A DNA stretch of 23,714 nucleotides, taken from Eikenella sp. GTDB lineage: Bacteria > Pseudomonadota > Gammaproteobacteria > Burkholderiales > Neisseriaceae. Below are positions 1 through 8,565 of the stretch, one piece after another. The stretch spans positions 5,499 through 29,212 of the forward strand of contig JAUMZB010000019.1 in assembly GCA_030528345.1 (NCBI GenBank), in the 5' to 3' direction. The notes beneath the pieces were generated by a model that saw only the letters and a program-made list of their open reading frames with translations, was not told the origin of the DNA and did no database searches. How positions within the stretch are numbered: the first letter of the stretch is position 1; each line of letters begins with the position of its first letter. Both the position numbers and the translations under genes were made by a program.

Positions 1-860
1 TCTATCGGCCGCGGGGGGCGGGCGGTTTGGGTTTGGGCGGCCGGCCAGCGGGCCAGCAGCTGCCGCTGCTCGTCGGCACTGAGTTTGGCAATATCGGCCA
101 GCACATTGTCCACGCTGGCTTGTGTGTGGCGGAATAAGGAGGCCACATAAGGAGTGGCCGGATGATGCTGCACGGCTGCGGGCGTGTCCGCCTGCAACAG
201 CCTGCCCGCCTCCATCACGCCGATGCGGCAACCGAGGCGCAGGGCTTCCTGCATGTCGTGGGTGACAAATACAATGGTGGTGCCCAAGCGGCGGTGGATG
301 TCGGCAATCGCATCTTGCAGGGCGCGGCGCGACAAGGGATCGAGCGCCGAGAACGGCTCGTCCATCAGCAGCATATCGGGCTTGGCCGCCAAGGCGCGCA
401 GAATGCCGATGCGCTGCTGCTCGCCGCCCGAAAGTTCGTGCGGATAACGCGCGGCGTATGCCGCCGGCAGACCCGCCAATTCGAGCAGCTCTGCAATGCG
501 CGCCTGGCGTGCCGATTTGCTCCAGCCCAGAATATCCGGCATCAGGCCGATGTTTTGCGCCACCGTCATGGTGGGGAACAGGGCGATTTGCTGCAACACA
601 TAGCCGATGCGGTGGCGCAGCGGGCGGATGGGGTAGTCTTTGATGCGCTTGCCGCGGAAATACACATTGCCTTCGCTGGGCTCGGTGAGCGCATTGATCA
701 TGCGCAGGGTGGTGGATTTGCCGCTGCCCGATCCGCCTACCAGCACAAAAAATTCGCCTTCGTAAACACTGAGGTTCAAATCTGAAACTGCGGCCTGGCC
801 GCCGTAATGCTTGCTGACGTTTTGAAATTCAATCAATACCGATTTACCCGTCGCACCCAT
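1..860 (-). CDS. Osmoprotectant (glycine betaine/choline-type) ABC transporter ATP-binding subunit; N-terminus complete, C-terminus runs off the window
   Basis: Minus-strand frame is open from ATG (860-858) to the window edge, 286 codons with no stop. It is absent from the ORF track, presumably because it is truncated. Translation MGATGKSVLIEFQNVSKHYGG... has Walker A GGSGSGKST, ABC signature LSGGEQQR, Walker B LLMDEPFSALD and H-loop FVTHD. A GGGAGAG Shine-Dalgarno lies about 7 nt upstream. Plus-strand ORFs 162..785, 184..447 and 458..643 are antisense artefacts. Confidence 0.85.
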   Translation of the reverse strand, partial: MGATGKSVLIEFQNVSKHYGGQAAVSDLNLSVYEGEFFVLVGGSGSGKSTTLRMINALTEPSEGNVYFRGKRIKDYPIRPLRHRIGYVLQQIALFPTMTVAQNIGLMPDILGWSKSARQARIAELLELAGLPAAYAARYPHELSGGEQQRIGILRALAAKPDMLLMDEPFSALDPLSRRALQDAIADIHRRLGTTIVFVTHDMQEALRLGCRIGVMEAGRLLQADTPAAVQHHPATPYVASLFRHTQASVDNVLADIAKLSADEQRQLLARWPAAQTQTARPPRPI

Positions 861-966
861 CTTGACTCTCCCTAATCCTTCTTTAACAATTAAGTCGTAT
901 TCTGATAAAAAATAAGAAATTTATTTGCAGCATACAGGAGGCATCCCTATATCTCTAAATTAATAT

Positions 967-1536
967 TTAATAAAATATGCCATTTTTTGAGTGGCAAAGA
1001 TGAGGAAAACGATGAGTAGCGGATAGAGTATATATGTCAAAAAAAAATATGAATTGATCAATCAAGGTATTTTTTAATGGGTAATGATTTTTTAAAAATC
1101 CATTTAATCTATCGAGCGTTTTTTCTTCAACATCTTCCCAATTTAAAAATGATCTTGAGGTAATAAAAAAGAAATGGTTTCTACTTCCATCATAAATCCT
1201 AATAATCCACCCTATTTTCTTGAGAACAAAGAAATAGGAATTATGGGATTCAATTTTTATTTCTGAGATAAGCTTATCGCTATGAATATCTTTAACAATT
1301 AAAGAAGAGGGTAAAAAGTGAAGCTTTCTACTATATATCTTAGAAGAAAGCATCGCCCATATCAAAACAACACAAGCGGCAAAAGCCTTTGCCGGATGAA
1401 TACCTGTTACCCCCCAATACCAAGCAGCAGTAAAAACAAGTGCAATCAGCAATAGGAAAACCAACGATAGGGTAACAAATGCTTTATTGCCAAATACGAC
1501 TACGGAGAATTCTTCATTTATTCTATATTGATCCAT
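967..1536 (-). CDS. Hypothetical membrane protein (two N-terminal TM helices plus ~120-aa soluble domain) in an AT-rich islet
   Basis: 189-aa ORF with an ATG start. Hydrophobic segments LSLVFLLLIALVFTAAWYW and AFAACVVLIWAMLSS are followed by a beta-rich region. Local G+C is visibly far below the flanks (individual 60-nt lines range from about 23% to 45%). I recognise no family; a 2TM plus bacterial-PH-like architecture is only a guess. Confidence 0.6.
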   Translation of the reverse strand: MDQYRINEEFSVVVFGNKAFVTLSLVFLLLIALVFTAAWYWGVTGIHPAKAFAACVVLIWAMLSSKIYSRKLHFLPSSLIVKDIHSDKLISEIKIESHNSYFFVLKKIGWIIRIYDGSRNHFFFITSRSFLNWEDVEEKTLDRLNGFLKNHYPLKNTLIDQFIFFFDIYTLSATHRFPHLCHSKNGIFY

Positions 1537-1663
1537 TTATTCTCATTGATTCCGGCATGGACAATCAAACAGGCCAAGCAAAGTACAATTGGAAAAACTG
1601 AAGCATCGTCAGCACTTGATTACACCGCCCCGGTTGCGGCGCCTGACGGCCGTACGGCCTGTC

Positions 1664-1675
1664 AGGCTACCTGAA
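1664..1675 (+). repeat. DNA uptake sequence, Eikenella-type 12-mer AGGCTACCTGAA
   Basis: Exact 12-mer read in the intergenic region just downstream (minus sense) of the permease/SBP gene. Confidence 0.8.
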
Positions 1676-1689
1676 AATGCAGCGCAGCC

Positions 1690-3222
1690 CTACTCGCGCA
1701 GCAAGCCCTGCCCGCGCAGATAATCGCGGGCCACCTGCTCCGGTGGCTCACCAAGTGCTTTGACGCGGTAATTCATTGCGCTCATTTCCTCGGCGGAAAT
1801 CTTCCCAGCCAAACGGTTCAGCGCAGCAGCCACCTGCGGGTGTTCCCGCTCGAAAGCCGCCTTCATCAGCGGCGCGCCCTGATACGAAGGAAACAGACCC
1901 AAATCGTCGTCCAGAGTCACCAAACGGTATTGCTTGAGTTCGCTGTCGGTGGAGTAGGCTTCGATCAGGTCGATTTTGCCGTTGTGCAAGGCGGTGTAGC
2001 GCAAAGCCGGCTCCATGCTGGACAACTTCTCAAAACGGATGCCGTGCCGCTGCAAGCCGCGGTAGCCGTCGTTGCGGTCGGTAAATTCCAAAGTGAAACC
2101 GGCGCGGAAATGGCCGGCCACCGTTTTCAAATCCGAAATCCGCTGCAAACCGTACTGCCGCGCATCGTTTTCGCGCACGGCCAAGGCATAGGTGTTCTGA
2201 TAAGCCATCGGCGGCAGCAGGCTGAGCGCATACTGCTCCGCCAACAGGCGGCGCGCTTCGGCATAAGTCTGTTCGGGCGACAAGCCTTGGCTCGTCATGC
2301 CGGGCGGCAGCGTCACCAAACTTTCGAGCACCGTGCCGGTAAACTCGGGATACACATCGATTTCGCCGCTGTTGAGCGCAGCAAACAGAAAACTGGTTTT
2401 GCCGAAATTCGGCTTCAGCACCACCTCCAGGTCGGGCTGTTCCTGCTCAATCAGCAGGCGGTACATATTGATCAGAATGTCCGGCTCGCTGCCCAGCTTG
2501 CCCGCCACCACCATCTGCCGCCGCTCGCCGCCCGATGCCGGCCACAGCGCCGCCGCGCCCAACACCAGCAACACGGCCACAACCACCGACAACAGCCGGC
2601 CGGGCCGCCGCACCCGCTGCACGGCGCCAATCAAAGCGCTGACACCCACCGCCAAGGCAGCAGAAAGCACCGCCCCGCTCACCGTGAGCATCATATTGTG
2701 GCGGTCGATGCCCAACAGAATCAGCCGGCCCAAGCCGCCCGCCCCGATTAATGCCGCCAGCGTGGCCGTGCCCACAATCAGCACCGCCGCGGTGCGGATG
2801 CCGGAAACCATCGCCGGCAGCGCCATCGGCAGTTCAATCCGCCGCAGCGACTGCCAGCGCGACAAACCGAAGGCCTTGGCCGCCTCCTTGATGGCCGGAT
2901 CGATTTGCTGCAAACCCAGATAAGTGTTTTGGAACACCGGCAGCAAGGCATACAGGGTGAGCGCAATCAACACCGGCGGCGAACCGATGCCGACCAAGGG
3001 AATCAACAGGCCGAGCAGAGCCAGCGAAGGGATGGTTTGCACAACGCCGGTGAGCTGCAGCACCGCCTCCGCCCAACGCCGCCGGCGCGACAGGCACACG
3101 GCCAAGGGCACGGCCAGCAGCACCGCCGCCAAGAGGGACAGCAGCGACAGCCACAAATGCTCCAGCACCGCCTGCACAATCATCTGCTGTTCGGCCTGCA
3201 CCCAATTCAGAAAATCCCGCAC
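1690..3222 (-). CDS. Osmoprotectant ABC transporter permease fused to an OpuBC/OpuAC-type substrate-binding domain
   Basis: 510 aa with a GTG start and AAGGA about 7 nt upstream. The N-terminal half is polytopic (about 5-6 TM segments, ABC permease-like). The C-terminal half has binding-protein hallmarks VYPEFTGT, FTLEFTDRNDGY and IEAYSTDSELKQY...LDDDLGLFPSYQGAPL, typical of glycine betaine/choline/carnitine binding proteins. Plus-strand ORFs 1840..2751 and 2297..2923 are antisense artefacts. Confidence 0.85.
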   Translation of the reverse strand: MRDFLNWVQAEQQMIVQAVLEHLWLSLLSLLAAVLLAVPLAVCLSRRRRWAEAVLQLTGVVQTIPSLALLGLLIPLVGIGSPPVLIALTLYALLPVFQNTYLGLQQIDPAIKEAAKAFGLSRWQSLRRIELPMALPAMVSGIRTAAVLIVGTATLAALIGAGGLGRLILLGIDRHNMMLTVSGAVLSAALAVGVSALIGAVQRVRRPGRLLSVVVAVLLVLGAAALWPASGGERRQMVVAGKLGSEPDILINMYRLLIEQEQPDLEVVLKPNFGKTSFLFAALNSGEIDVYPEFTGTVLESLVTLPPGMTSQGLSPEQTYAEARRLLAEQYALSLLPPMAYQNTYALAVRENDARQYGLQRISDLKTVAGHFRAGFTLEFTDRNDGYRGLQRHGIRFEKLSSMEPALRYTALHNGKIDLIEAYSTDSELKQYRLVTLDDDLGLFPSYQGAPLMKAAFEREHPQVAAALNRLAGKISAEEMSAMNYRVKALGEPPEQVARDYLRGQGLLRE

Positions 3223-3283
3223 CGCTCCATCCTTTCTCTAAAAATATGATTGCATCCGACTTCGGGAACATGTTCGGCCAGTC

Positions 3284-4765
3284 TCAACGCCGTGCCAATG
3301 CCGCTTCGGCCGCTTCGAAATCGGAAAAATGCTGTTTTTGGCCGCCAATGTCCTGATAGGTTTCGTGGCCTTTACCGGCAATCAGAATGATGTCGTCGGC
3401 AGCGGCGTGGCGCACAGCGTATTCGATGGCGGCGCGGCGGTCGGCATTCACATAAGCGGGGGTCGGCACGGCGGGCAGGATGTCGTCGATGACGGCCTGC
3501 GGCTCCTCCATGCGCGGATTGTCGCTGGTTATCACCACGCAATCGGCTCCGGCCTGCGCCGCCGCGCCCATCAGCGGCCGTTTGCCGCGGTCGCGGTTGC
3601 CGCCGCAGCCGAACACGCACCACAGCTTGGCATCTTTCGGTTTGATTTCCTGCAGGGTGGCCAAGGCTTTTTCCAGTGCGTCGGAGGTGTGGGCGTAATC
3701 CACCACCACCAACGGGCGGCCTTCGCCCATGATGCAGTCCATGCGGCCGGTGGCGGGGCGGATGTCGGCCAACACCCGCAACACATCGGTCAGGGCAAAG
3801 CCTTCGGCGCACAACAGCCCCACGCAGGCGGCCAGATTTTGCGCGTTGAAACGGCCGAGCAGGCGGCTGCGGATTTCCCCCTCGCCCCACGGAGTGGCCA
3901 GCGTGAGGCGCATGCCTTGAGACGACGCTTCAAATGCAGTGATGCGAATATCCGCCCCGGCGGCAAAACCATACCGCCACACCCGCACTTCGGGGCGCGC
4001 CGCCCGCAGTTGGCCGGCCAAATCCGCGCCAAACGCGTCATCGGCATTGATCACGGCATGGCGCAGACTCTGCCATTGGAACAGCTTGGCCTTGCTGCGG
4101 CCGTAACCGGCCATGTCGCCGTGGTAGTCGAGGTGGTCGCGGGTGAGGTTGGTGAAGATGGCGCTGCTAAAGGGCACGCCGACCACGCGGTTTTGGTCGA
4201 GACCGTGGCTGGACACTTCCATCGCCACCGCCTGAGCACCTTGGGCACGGAAACGGTGCAGCAGGGTTTGCACCTGCACGGGGTCGGGCGTGGTGTGGGT
4301 GGTGTCTTCCAGCGCGCCCCAAAAACCGTTGCCCACAGTGCCGATGACGGCGCATTTCCGTCCCAACAAATCGGCGGCCTGCGCCAACCATTGGCTGATG
4401 GAGGTTTTGCCGTTGGTGCCGGTCACGCCCCAGCAGCGCAACGGAGCGGCGGTGTCGGCGAAATTGCCGTACACCTCGGCCGCCAGCAGACCGGCGCGGA
4501 TGTTCAAATCGGCCACACCCTGGTTGGGCACCGCCCATTCCGGCTGCCAGGCAAAACCGCCGCCGGCGTCCCAAAACACAAATGCCGCACCGTTGGCCAC
4601 GGCATCGGCAATATAGCGCCGTCCGTCGGTGTACTCGCCCTGGCAGGCCACAAAGGCGTCGCCGGGGCGGATGTGGCGGCTGTCCATGCGCAAAACACAC
4701 CCTGCGGGCAGTTCGGGCAGGGTGTGCAAAACGGGGCGGGATAAAGGGGCGTTCCGATCAAACAT
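3284..4765 (-). CDS. murE: UDP-N-acetylmuramoyl-L-alanyl-D-glutamate--2,6-diaminopimelate ligase
   Basis: Mur ligase P-loop GVTGTNGKTS, motif TSDNPR, and overall similarity to neisserial MurE as I remember it (FVACQGEYTDGRRYIADAVANGAAFVFWD). The track start at 4786 is TTG. I prefer ATG at 4765 (MFDRNAPL...), which has GGAG 6 nt upstream. Sits in dcw-cluster position after penA. Confidence 0.92.
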   Translation of the reverse strand: MFDRNAPLSRPVLHTLPELPAGCVLRMDSRHIRPGDAFVACQGEYTDGRRYIADAVANGAAFVFWDAGGGFAWQPEWAVPNQGVADLNIRAGLLAAEVYGNFADTAAPLRCWGVTGTNGKTSISQWLAQAADLLGRKCAVIGTVGNGFWGALEDTTHTTPDPVQVQTLLHRFRAQGAQAVAMEVSSHGLDQNRVVGVPFSSAIFTNLTRDHLDYHGDMAGYGRSKAKLFQWQSLRHAVINADDAFGADLAGQLRAARPEVRVWRYGFAAGADIRITAFEASSQGMRLTLATPWGEGEIRSRLLGRFNAQNLAACVGLLCAEGFALTDVLRVLADIRPATGRMDCIMGEGRPLVVVDYAHTSDALEKALATLQEIKPKDAKLWCVFGCGGNRDRGKRPLMGAAAQAGADCVVITSDNPRMEEPQAVIDDILPAVPTPAYVNADRRAAIEYAVRHAAADDIILIAGKGHETYQDIGGQKQHFSDFEAAEAALARR

Positions 4766-4818
4766 AAGAAACTCCGCTGTCGGCAAGGGCCGGCTCGTCT
4801 GCCTTCGCCGAAAGGTTT

Positions 4819-4859
4819 TTCAGGTAGCCTGCGCGTTTAGCCGCATCAGGCTACCTGAA
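4819..4859. repeat. Inverted DUS pair (12-bp arms, 17-nt loop) between penA stop and murE start
   Basis: TTCAGGTAGCCT (4819-4830) and AGGCTACCTGAA (4848-4859) are exact reverse complements. There is no clear U-run on either strand, so this is a possible attenuator or uptake signal rather than a canonical terminator. Confidence 0.75.
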
Positions 4860-4863
4860 AGGT

Positions 4864-6606
4864 TTAGGGTTGGACGGCAGCCGTCTGCCGCAAAGGTTTG
4901 GTGGGCGTGATGCCGAGAATGTTCAGCGAACCGGCCATCACATCCTTAAATACCGGGCCGGCCACCGTGCCACCGTAATAGCCGTTTTGGGTGGGCTCGT
5001 CGATGTTTACCGCCACAATCACGCGCGGATTGTCGGCGGGCGCGAAGCCGATAAAAGTGGCCATGTGTTTGTTTTCGGCATAGCGGCCGTTCACCAGCTT
5101 GCGCGCGGTACCGGTTTTGGCGCCGACGTCAAAGCCGTCCACCGCACCGGCCGTGCCCGTGCCGCCCGGCTCGGTCACCGACACCATCATGCGGCGCACG
5201 GCGCGCGCGGTTTCGGGGCGGATCACCGCTTCGCCCTGCGGCGCCACGCTTTGCTTGAGGAAAGTGACCGGCAGCAGTTTGCCGTCGTTGGTGAACACGG
5301 TGTAGCCGCGCGCCAGCTGCAGCAGGCTCATTTGCAGGCCGTAGCCGAACGACATGGTGGCCTGCTCGATGGGGCGCCAGTTTTTCCAATCACGAACCAA
5401 GCCGGGCGATTCGCCGGGGAAACCGGAGTGCATGCGGCGGCCGAAGCCGACGGCTTTGTAAAACCGATGCATCTCTTCCGGCTTAAACATGGCCGACAGC
5501 TTGCTGGTGCCCACGTTGGAAGACTTCTGCATCATGCCGCGCAGGGTCAGCGAGCCGTAGTTGCGCGTGTCGCGCACGGTGGCCGAGCCGATGTTGTAGG
5601 GCTGCACATTGAACCAAGTGTTTTCGTTCACTTTGCCCGAATCCAAGGCCTTGGCAATCGGGAAGGGCTTCATGGTGGAACCCGGCTCGATCATATCGGT
5701 CACGGCGCGGTTGCGGCGCAGGGCGCTGTCGGCGCGGCCGGGGTGGTTCGGATCGTAATCCGGCAGGTTGACCAAGGCCAGAATTTCGCCGGTTTTGGCA
5801 TCCAACACCACCACCGTACCGGCTTTGGCCTGGTGGTGCGCCACGGCTTCGGCCAGCTCGTCGTGCGCCAGCGACTGGATGCGCTGATCCAAGGACAGCA
5901 CCATGTCGCGGCCGTCCACCGTGTCGCGGTTGCGCGGCGAATCGAGCGCGTCCACGTAATTGCCGCGGTTGTCGCGCAGCACCACGCGCGCGCCGTCCAC
6001 GCCGCGCAAATCGTCCTCGCGCGACAATTCCAAGCCTTCCTGTCCCTTACCGTCGATATTGGTGAAGCCGATCACATGGGAAAACAGATTGCCCATCGGA
6101 TACTGCCGCTTGGGCTCAGTTTGGAAGGACAAGCCGGCAATGCCCAATTCGCGCACCTTGGCGGCGGTTTCCGCACTCATCTGGCGCTTCAGGAACACAA
6201 AATCGCTGTTGGTGCGCGCCAGGCGGTCAGCAATGGTTTCCACCGGCACCTCAATCAGGGCGGACAAAGCCTCCAACTGGTCTTGGCCGGGCATTTTGTC
6301 CATCGCCGAGGGCACGGCATACAGCGAGTCGGTCGGCGCACTCAGCGCCAGCACCGAGCCGTTGCGGTCGGTAATCGTGCCTCGGTTGGCGGTCTGCACC
6401 AATGTACGCACAAAGCGTTTGTTGCCCTCTTCCACCAGCTTGTCCTGCTCCAGCGTGTGCAGGCGCACGCTCCACACCACCACCGCGCCGAAGGCAAGCG
6501 CCAGCATACCCAACACCATGGCGATGCGGCCGTTGGTGCTGACGGGCTTTTTCTTTTTCGGCTGTTGCTGCCGCATCTGCGGCTTGTAATCGCTTTTAAT
6601 CAACAT
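4864..6606 (-). CDS. penA: Penicillin-binding protein 2 / FtsI-type septal peptidoglycan D,D-transpeptidase
   Basis: 580 aa with an ATG start. N-terminus [11 protein letters not shown]... and long stretches resemble gonococcal/meningococcal PenA as I remember it. Active-site motifs are STMK (EPGSTMKPF), SSN (KSSNVG) and KTG (AKTGTA). One N-terminal TM anchor. Plus-strand ORF 4870..6708 is antisense. Confidence 0.95.
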   Translation of the reverse strand: MLIKSDYKPQMRQQQPKKKKPVSTNGRIAMVLGMLALAFGAVVVWSVRLHTLEQDKLVEEGNKRFVRTLVQTANRGTITDRNGSVLALSAPTDSLYAVPSAMDKMPGQDQLEALSALIEVPVETIADRLARTNSDFVFLKRQMSAETAAKVRELGIAGLSFQTEPKRQYPMGNLFSHVIGFTNIDGKGQEGLELSREDDLRGVDGARVVLRDNRGNYVDALDSPRNRDTVDGRDMVLSLDQRIQSLAHDELAEAVAHHQAKAGTVVVLDAKTGEILALVNLPDYDPNHPGRADSALRRNRAVTDMIEPGSTMKPFPIAKALDSGKVNENTWFNVQPYNIGSATVRDTRNYGSLTLRGMMQKSSNVGTSKLSAMFKPEEMHRFYKAVGFGRRMHSGFPGESPGLVRDWKNWRPIEQATMSFGYGLQMSLLQLARGYTVFTNDGKLLPVTFLKQSVAPQGEAVIRPETARAVRRMMVSVTEPGGTGTAGAVDGFDVGAKTGTARKLVNGRYAENKHMATFIGFAPADNPRVIVAVNIDEPTQNGYYGGTVAGPVFKDVMAGSLNILGITPTKPLRQTAAVQP

Positions 6607-6628
6607 AAGTGCGGTTCCCGCTTTTTAT

Positions 6629-6895
6629 TTATTCGTGGTGCGTGCGGATCATATGGGTATTCTGTACGGTGGGCGGCTGCAGCCGCTGGCGCGCCGCCGC
6701 CTCTTTAATGCGGGCATGGTTGGCCAGCTGGGCCTGCTGCCATTGCAGGCGGCGGTATTCTTCTTCCAAATCCAAGGCGCGGCGGTGCGCTTTTTCCAGC
6801 GCGATAAACGATTCGCGCGAGCGGTCCTGCACGGTGACCACGGCCAGCGCCGAGAGCACGGTCAGCACAAAAAGAACGATATTGATTTTGTTCAT
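6629..6895 (-). CDS. ftsL: Cell division protein FtsL
   Basis: 88 aa: an N-terminal TM helix ([17 protein letters not shown]) then a coiled-coil region, resembling neisserial FtsL (MNK.N.VL..., QQA.LANH..I..AA...L.PP). Lies between rsmH and penA. Its ATG overlaps the rsmH stop in an ATGA junction (6895-6892). Confidence 0.85.
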   Translation of the reverse strand: MNKINIVLFVLTVLSALAVVTVQDRSRESFIALEKAHRRALDLEEEYRRLQWQQAQLANHARIKEAAARQRLQPPTVQNTHMIRTHHE

Positions 6896-7848
6896 CGGGC
6901 TTCAAACCTCCCCGCCGTGCGTTCCGCCACCCGCAACACCGCCGAACGCGCGCGCGGATTGGCGGCCACTTCGGCCTCGCCGGCCTTTTGCGCCTTGCCG
7001 ATTTCCAACAGCGGCGGCTGCGGCCGTTCGCTTTCTTTCACCACCACCCATTTGGGCAGGGGCTGCGGGCGGCTGTGGCGGCGGATAAACCGTTTCACAA
7101 TGCGGTCTTCCAAGGAGTGGAAGGCAATCACCGCCAGGCGGCCGCCGGTTTTCAGGCAGCCTGCCGCCTGCGGCAGCACGGCGGCTACTTCTTCAAGCTC
7201 ACGGTTGATGAAAATCCGAACGGCTTGGAACGTCCGCGTCGCCGGGTCTTGGCCGCGCTCGCGAGTACGGACGGTTTCCGCCACGATTTTCGCCAGCTGG
7301 CCGGTTGTAAGGATGGGGCTTTCCTGCCGCCTTGCCACAATTGCGCGCGCAATCTGGCGACTAAACCGCTCTTCACCATAATTTTTAATGACCTCGTGTA
7401 TCTCTTGCTCCGCCGCCTCGGCCAGCCACTCGGCCGCCGACCGGCCGCGGGTGGGGTCCATGCGCATATCCAGAGGTGCATCGAAGCGGAAGCTGAATCC
7501 GCGGCTGGCGTCGTCGATTTGCGGCGAGGAAATACCCAAATCAAACAGCGCGCCGTCGATTTCGCGAATGCCCAAGCCGTTTAAGGCTACCTGAAAAGCG
7601 GCAAAGCCTTCGTGCACCACCGCCACCCGTTTGTCTTGTGCGGCCAGTTCGCGCGCCACCGCAATCGCCTGCGGGTCTTTGTCGAACACCACCAAACGGC
7701 CGTGTTCGCCCAAACGGGAAAGAATCAGCCGCGAATGGCCGCCCCTGCCGAAAGTGCCGTCCACATACACGCCGTCGGGACACACATTCAGCGCGTCCAC
7801 CGCTTCGTGCAAGAGCACCGTGATGTGGGCAAACACTTCGCCGCTCAT
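6892..7848 (-). CDS. rsmH: 16S rRNA (cytosine1402-N4)-methyltransferase RsmH (MraW)
   Basis: Motifs [20 protein letters not shown] and [11 protein letters not shown]. The track ORF extends to 7944, but the conserved N-terminus starts at [11 protein letters not shown] (ATG 7848-7846), which overlaps the mraZ stop as ATGA. Confidence 0.9.
   Translation of the reverse strand: MSGEVFAHITVLLHEAVDALNVCPDGVYVDGTFGRGGHSRLILSRLGEHGRLVVFDKDPQAIAVARELAAQDKRVAVVHEGFAAFQVALNGLGIREIDGALFDLGISSPQIDDASRGFSFRFDAPLDMRMDPTRGRSAAEWLAEAAEQEIHEVIKNYGEERFSRQIARAIVARRQESPILTTGQLAKIVAETVRTRERGQDPATRTFQAVRIFINRELEEVAAVLPQAAGCLKTGGRLAVIAFHSLEDRIVKRFIRRHSRPQPLPKWVVVKESERPQPPLLEIGKAQKAGEAEVAANPRARSAVLRVAERTAGRFEAR
7584..7595 (+). 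repeat. DUS 12-mer inside rsmH coding sequence
   Basis: Exact AGGCTACCTGAA. On the coding (minus) strand it is read as FQVAL in RsmH. Confidence 0.8.
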
Positions 7849-8300
7849 AAACGGAACCCCGCTTCGGCCAACTCGGCATCGAGCTCGTCGGTATCCATGT
7901 CCAAGAGGGCGTTCATATCGGCCTCCCAGCGTTCGCGACCCCACAACTCCAAGCGGTCCACCCGTCCGACCAAAGTCACTTCCTTATCGAAATCCACCCG
8001 TCGGCGCAGATGCGCAGGCAGCAAAATACGGCCGGCCGAATCCAGCTCCAAGGTTTCCGCATTGTGCAGCACCATGCTTTGGTAACGCTTGGCGTGCGGC
8101 TTGCCGTTGACATCCATGGCCATGACGGCCGCCGCAGTTTTCTGCCACTCTTCTTCCGGATACAGCAGAAAATGCGAACGCGAATCCAGCGTGACCACCA
8201 GCGCGGGCGAGTAACGGCGCGACAACAACTCGCGGAATTTGGCCGGTATCGCCAAACGCCCCTTGCTGTCGATGCTCAATTCATGCATGCCGCCAAACAC
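7845..8300 (-). CDS. mraZ: Transcriptional regulator MraZ
   Basis: Two SpoVT/AbrB-like repeats with the canonical start (M)[22 protein letters not shown]. The track start at 8309 is GTG. I prefer the GTG at 8300, which gives the canonical MFGG N-terminus and 151 aa, with GAGGTG 6 nt upstream. First gene of the dcw cluster. Confidence 0.9.
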   Translation of the reverse strand: MFGGMHELSIDSKGRLAIPAKFRELLSRRYSPALVVTLDSRSHFLLYPEEEWQKTAAAVMAMDVNGKPHAKRYQSMVLHNAETLELDSAGRILLPAHLRRRVDFDKEVTLVGRVDRLELWGRERWEADMNALLDMDTDELDAELAEAGFRL

Positions 8301-8335
8301 TGCGCCCACCTCGTCTTGTCAATTTAGGGAAAATG

Positions 8336-8361
8336 GCACACTTCACCCCACTTTTCCCCAC
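8336..8361 (-). promoter_or_regulatory. Three direct repeats at 10-bp spacing (GTGGGG / GTGGGG / GTGTGC on the mraZ sense strand); candidate MraZ operator boxes
   Basis: On the plus strand: gcacac (8336-41), ccccac (8346-51), ccccac (8356-61). They lie between the predicted -10 and the mraZ start. This matches the arrangement described for E. coli MraZ (repeated TGGGN-type boxes with about one helical turn periodicity downstream of Pmra). Confidence 0.55.
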
Positions 8362-8369
8362 ATTGCGAC

Positions 8370-8399
8370 ACTATACGGCAGTTTTTTGATCACAGTCAA
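8370..8399 (-). promoter_or_regulatory. Sigma70-type promoter of the dcw cluster (Pmra-like): TTGACT-N18-TATAGT
   Basis: Minus strand reads TTGACT (8399-8394), an 18-nt spacer, then TATAGT (8375-8370), about 70 nt upstream of the mraZ start. Confidence 0.55.
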
Positions 8400-8505
8400 T
8401 TAACGCAGGCAGAAAAATGATTGTATTAACAATTCATTCCGATAAACCGCCACACCTGTCCGTCCCCGCCGCACACCGCCTGCCCAAGCACCCGCCGCCC
8501 CACCT

Positions 8506-8534
8506 TTGGCAAACATCGATTAAATCTTTATAAT
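8506..8534 (+). promoter_or_regulatory. Sigma70-type promoter for the MidA-like gene: TTGGCA-N17-TATAAT
   Basis: TTGGCA (8506-8511), a 17-nt spacer, TATAAT (8529-8534), 31 nt upstream of the ATG at 8566. Divergent from Pmra. Confidence 0.5.
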
Positions 8535-8565
8535 CGCAGCCCTTTTTCCAGCATTCCGCCACACC

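Noticed and set aside
162-785. 207-aa plus-strand ORF (and nested 184..447, 458..643)
   Set aside because: It is antisense to a clear ABC ATPase frame with Walker A/B and signature motifs. The translation is R/A/G/Q-rich with no motifs, a typical high-GC shadow ORF.
4870-6708. 612-aa plus-strand ORF, plus similar long shadow ORFs (1840..2751, 3329..4744, 6635..7381, 9939..11540, 11559..12485, 12644..13765, 15390..16289, 16672..17841)
   Set aside because: Each lies opposite a gene with strong family motifs (PBP2, MurE, permease, RsmH and others). Their translations are low-complexity R/A/G/H/Q-rich, as expected for antisense frames in GC-rich DNA.
7849-7944. N-terminal extensions given by the ORF track for rsmH (to 7944), murE (TTG 4786), SPFH (TTG 17655), mraZ (GTG 8309), DUF350 (TTG 18113) and the SAM decarboxylase-like gene (to 14806)
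   Set aside because: The downstream starts have better Shine-Dalgarno spacing, reproduce conserved family N-termini (MFGG..., MF..., [11 protein letters not shown]) and avoid overlap with upstream genes. The longest-ORF starts use non-ATG codons or run into neighbouring genes.
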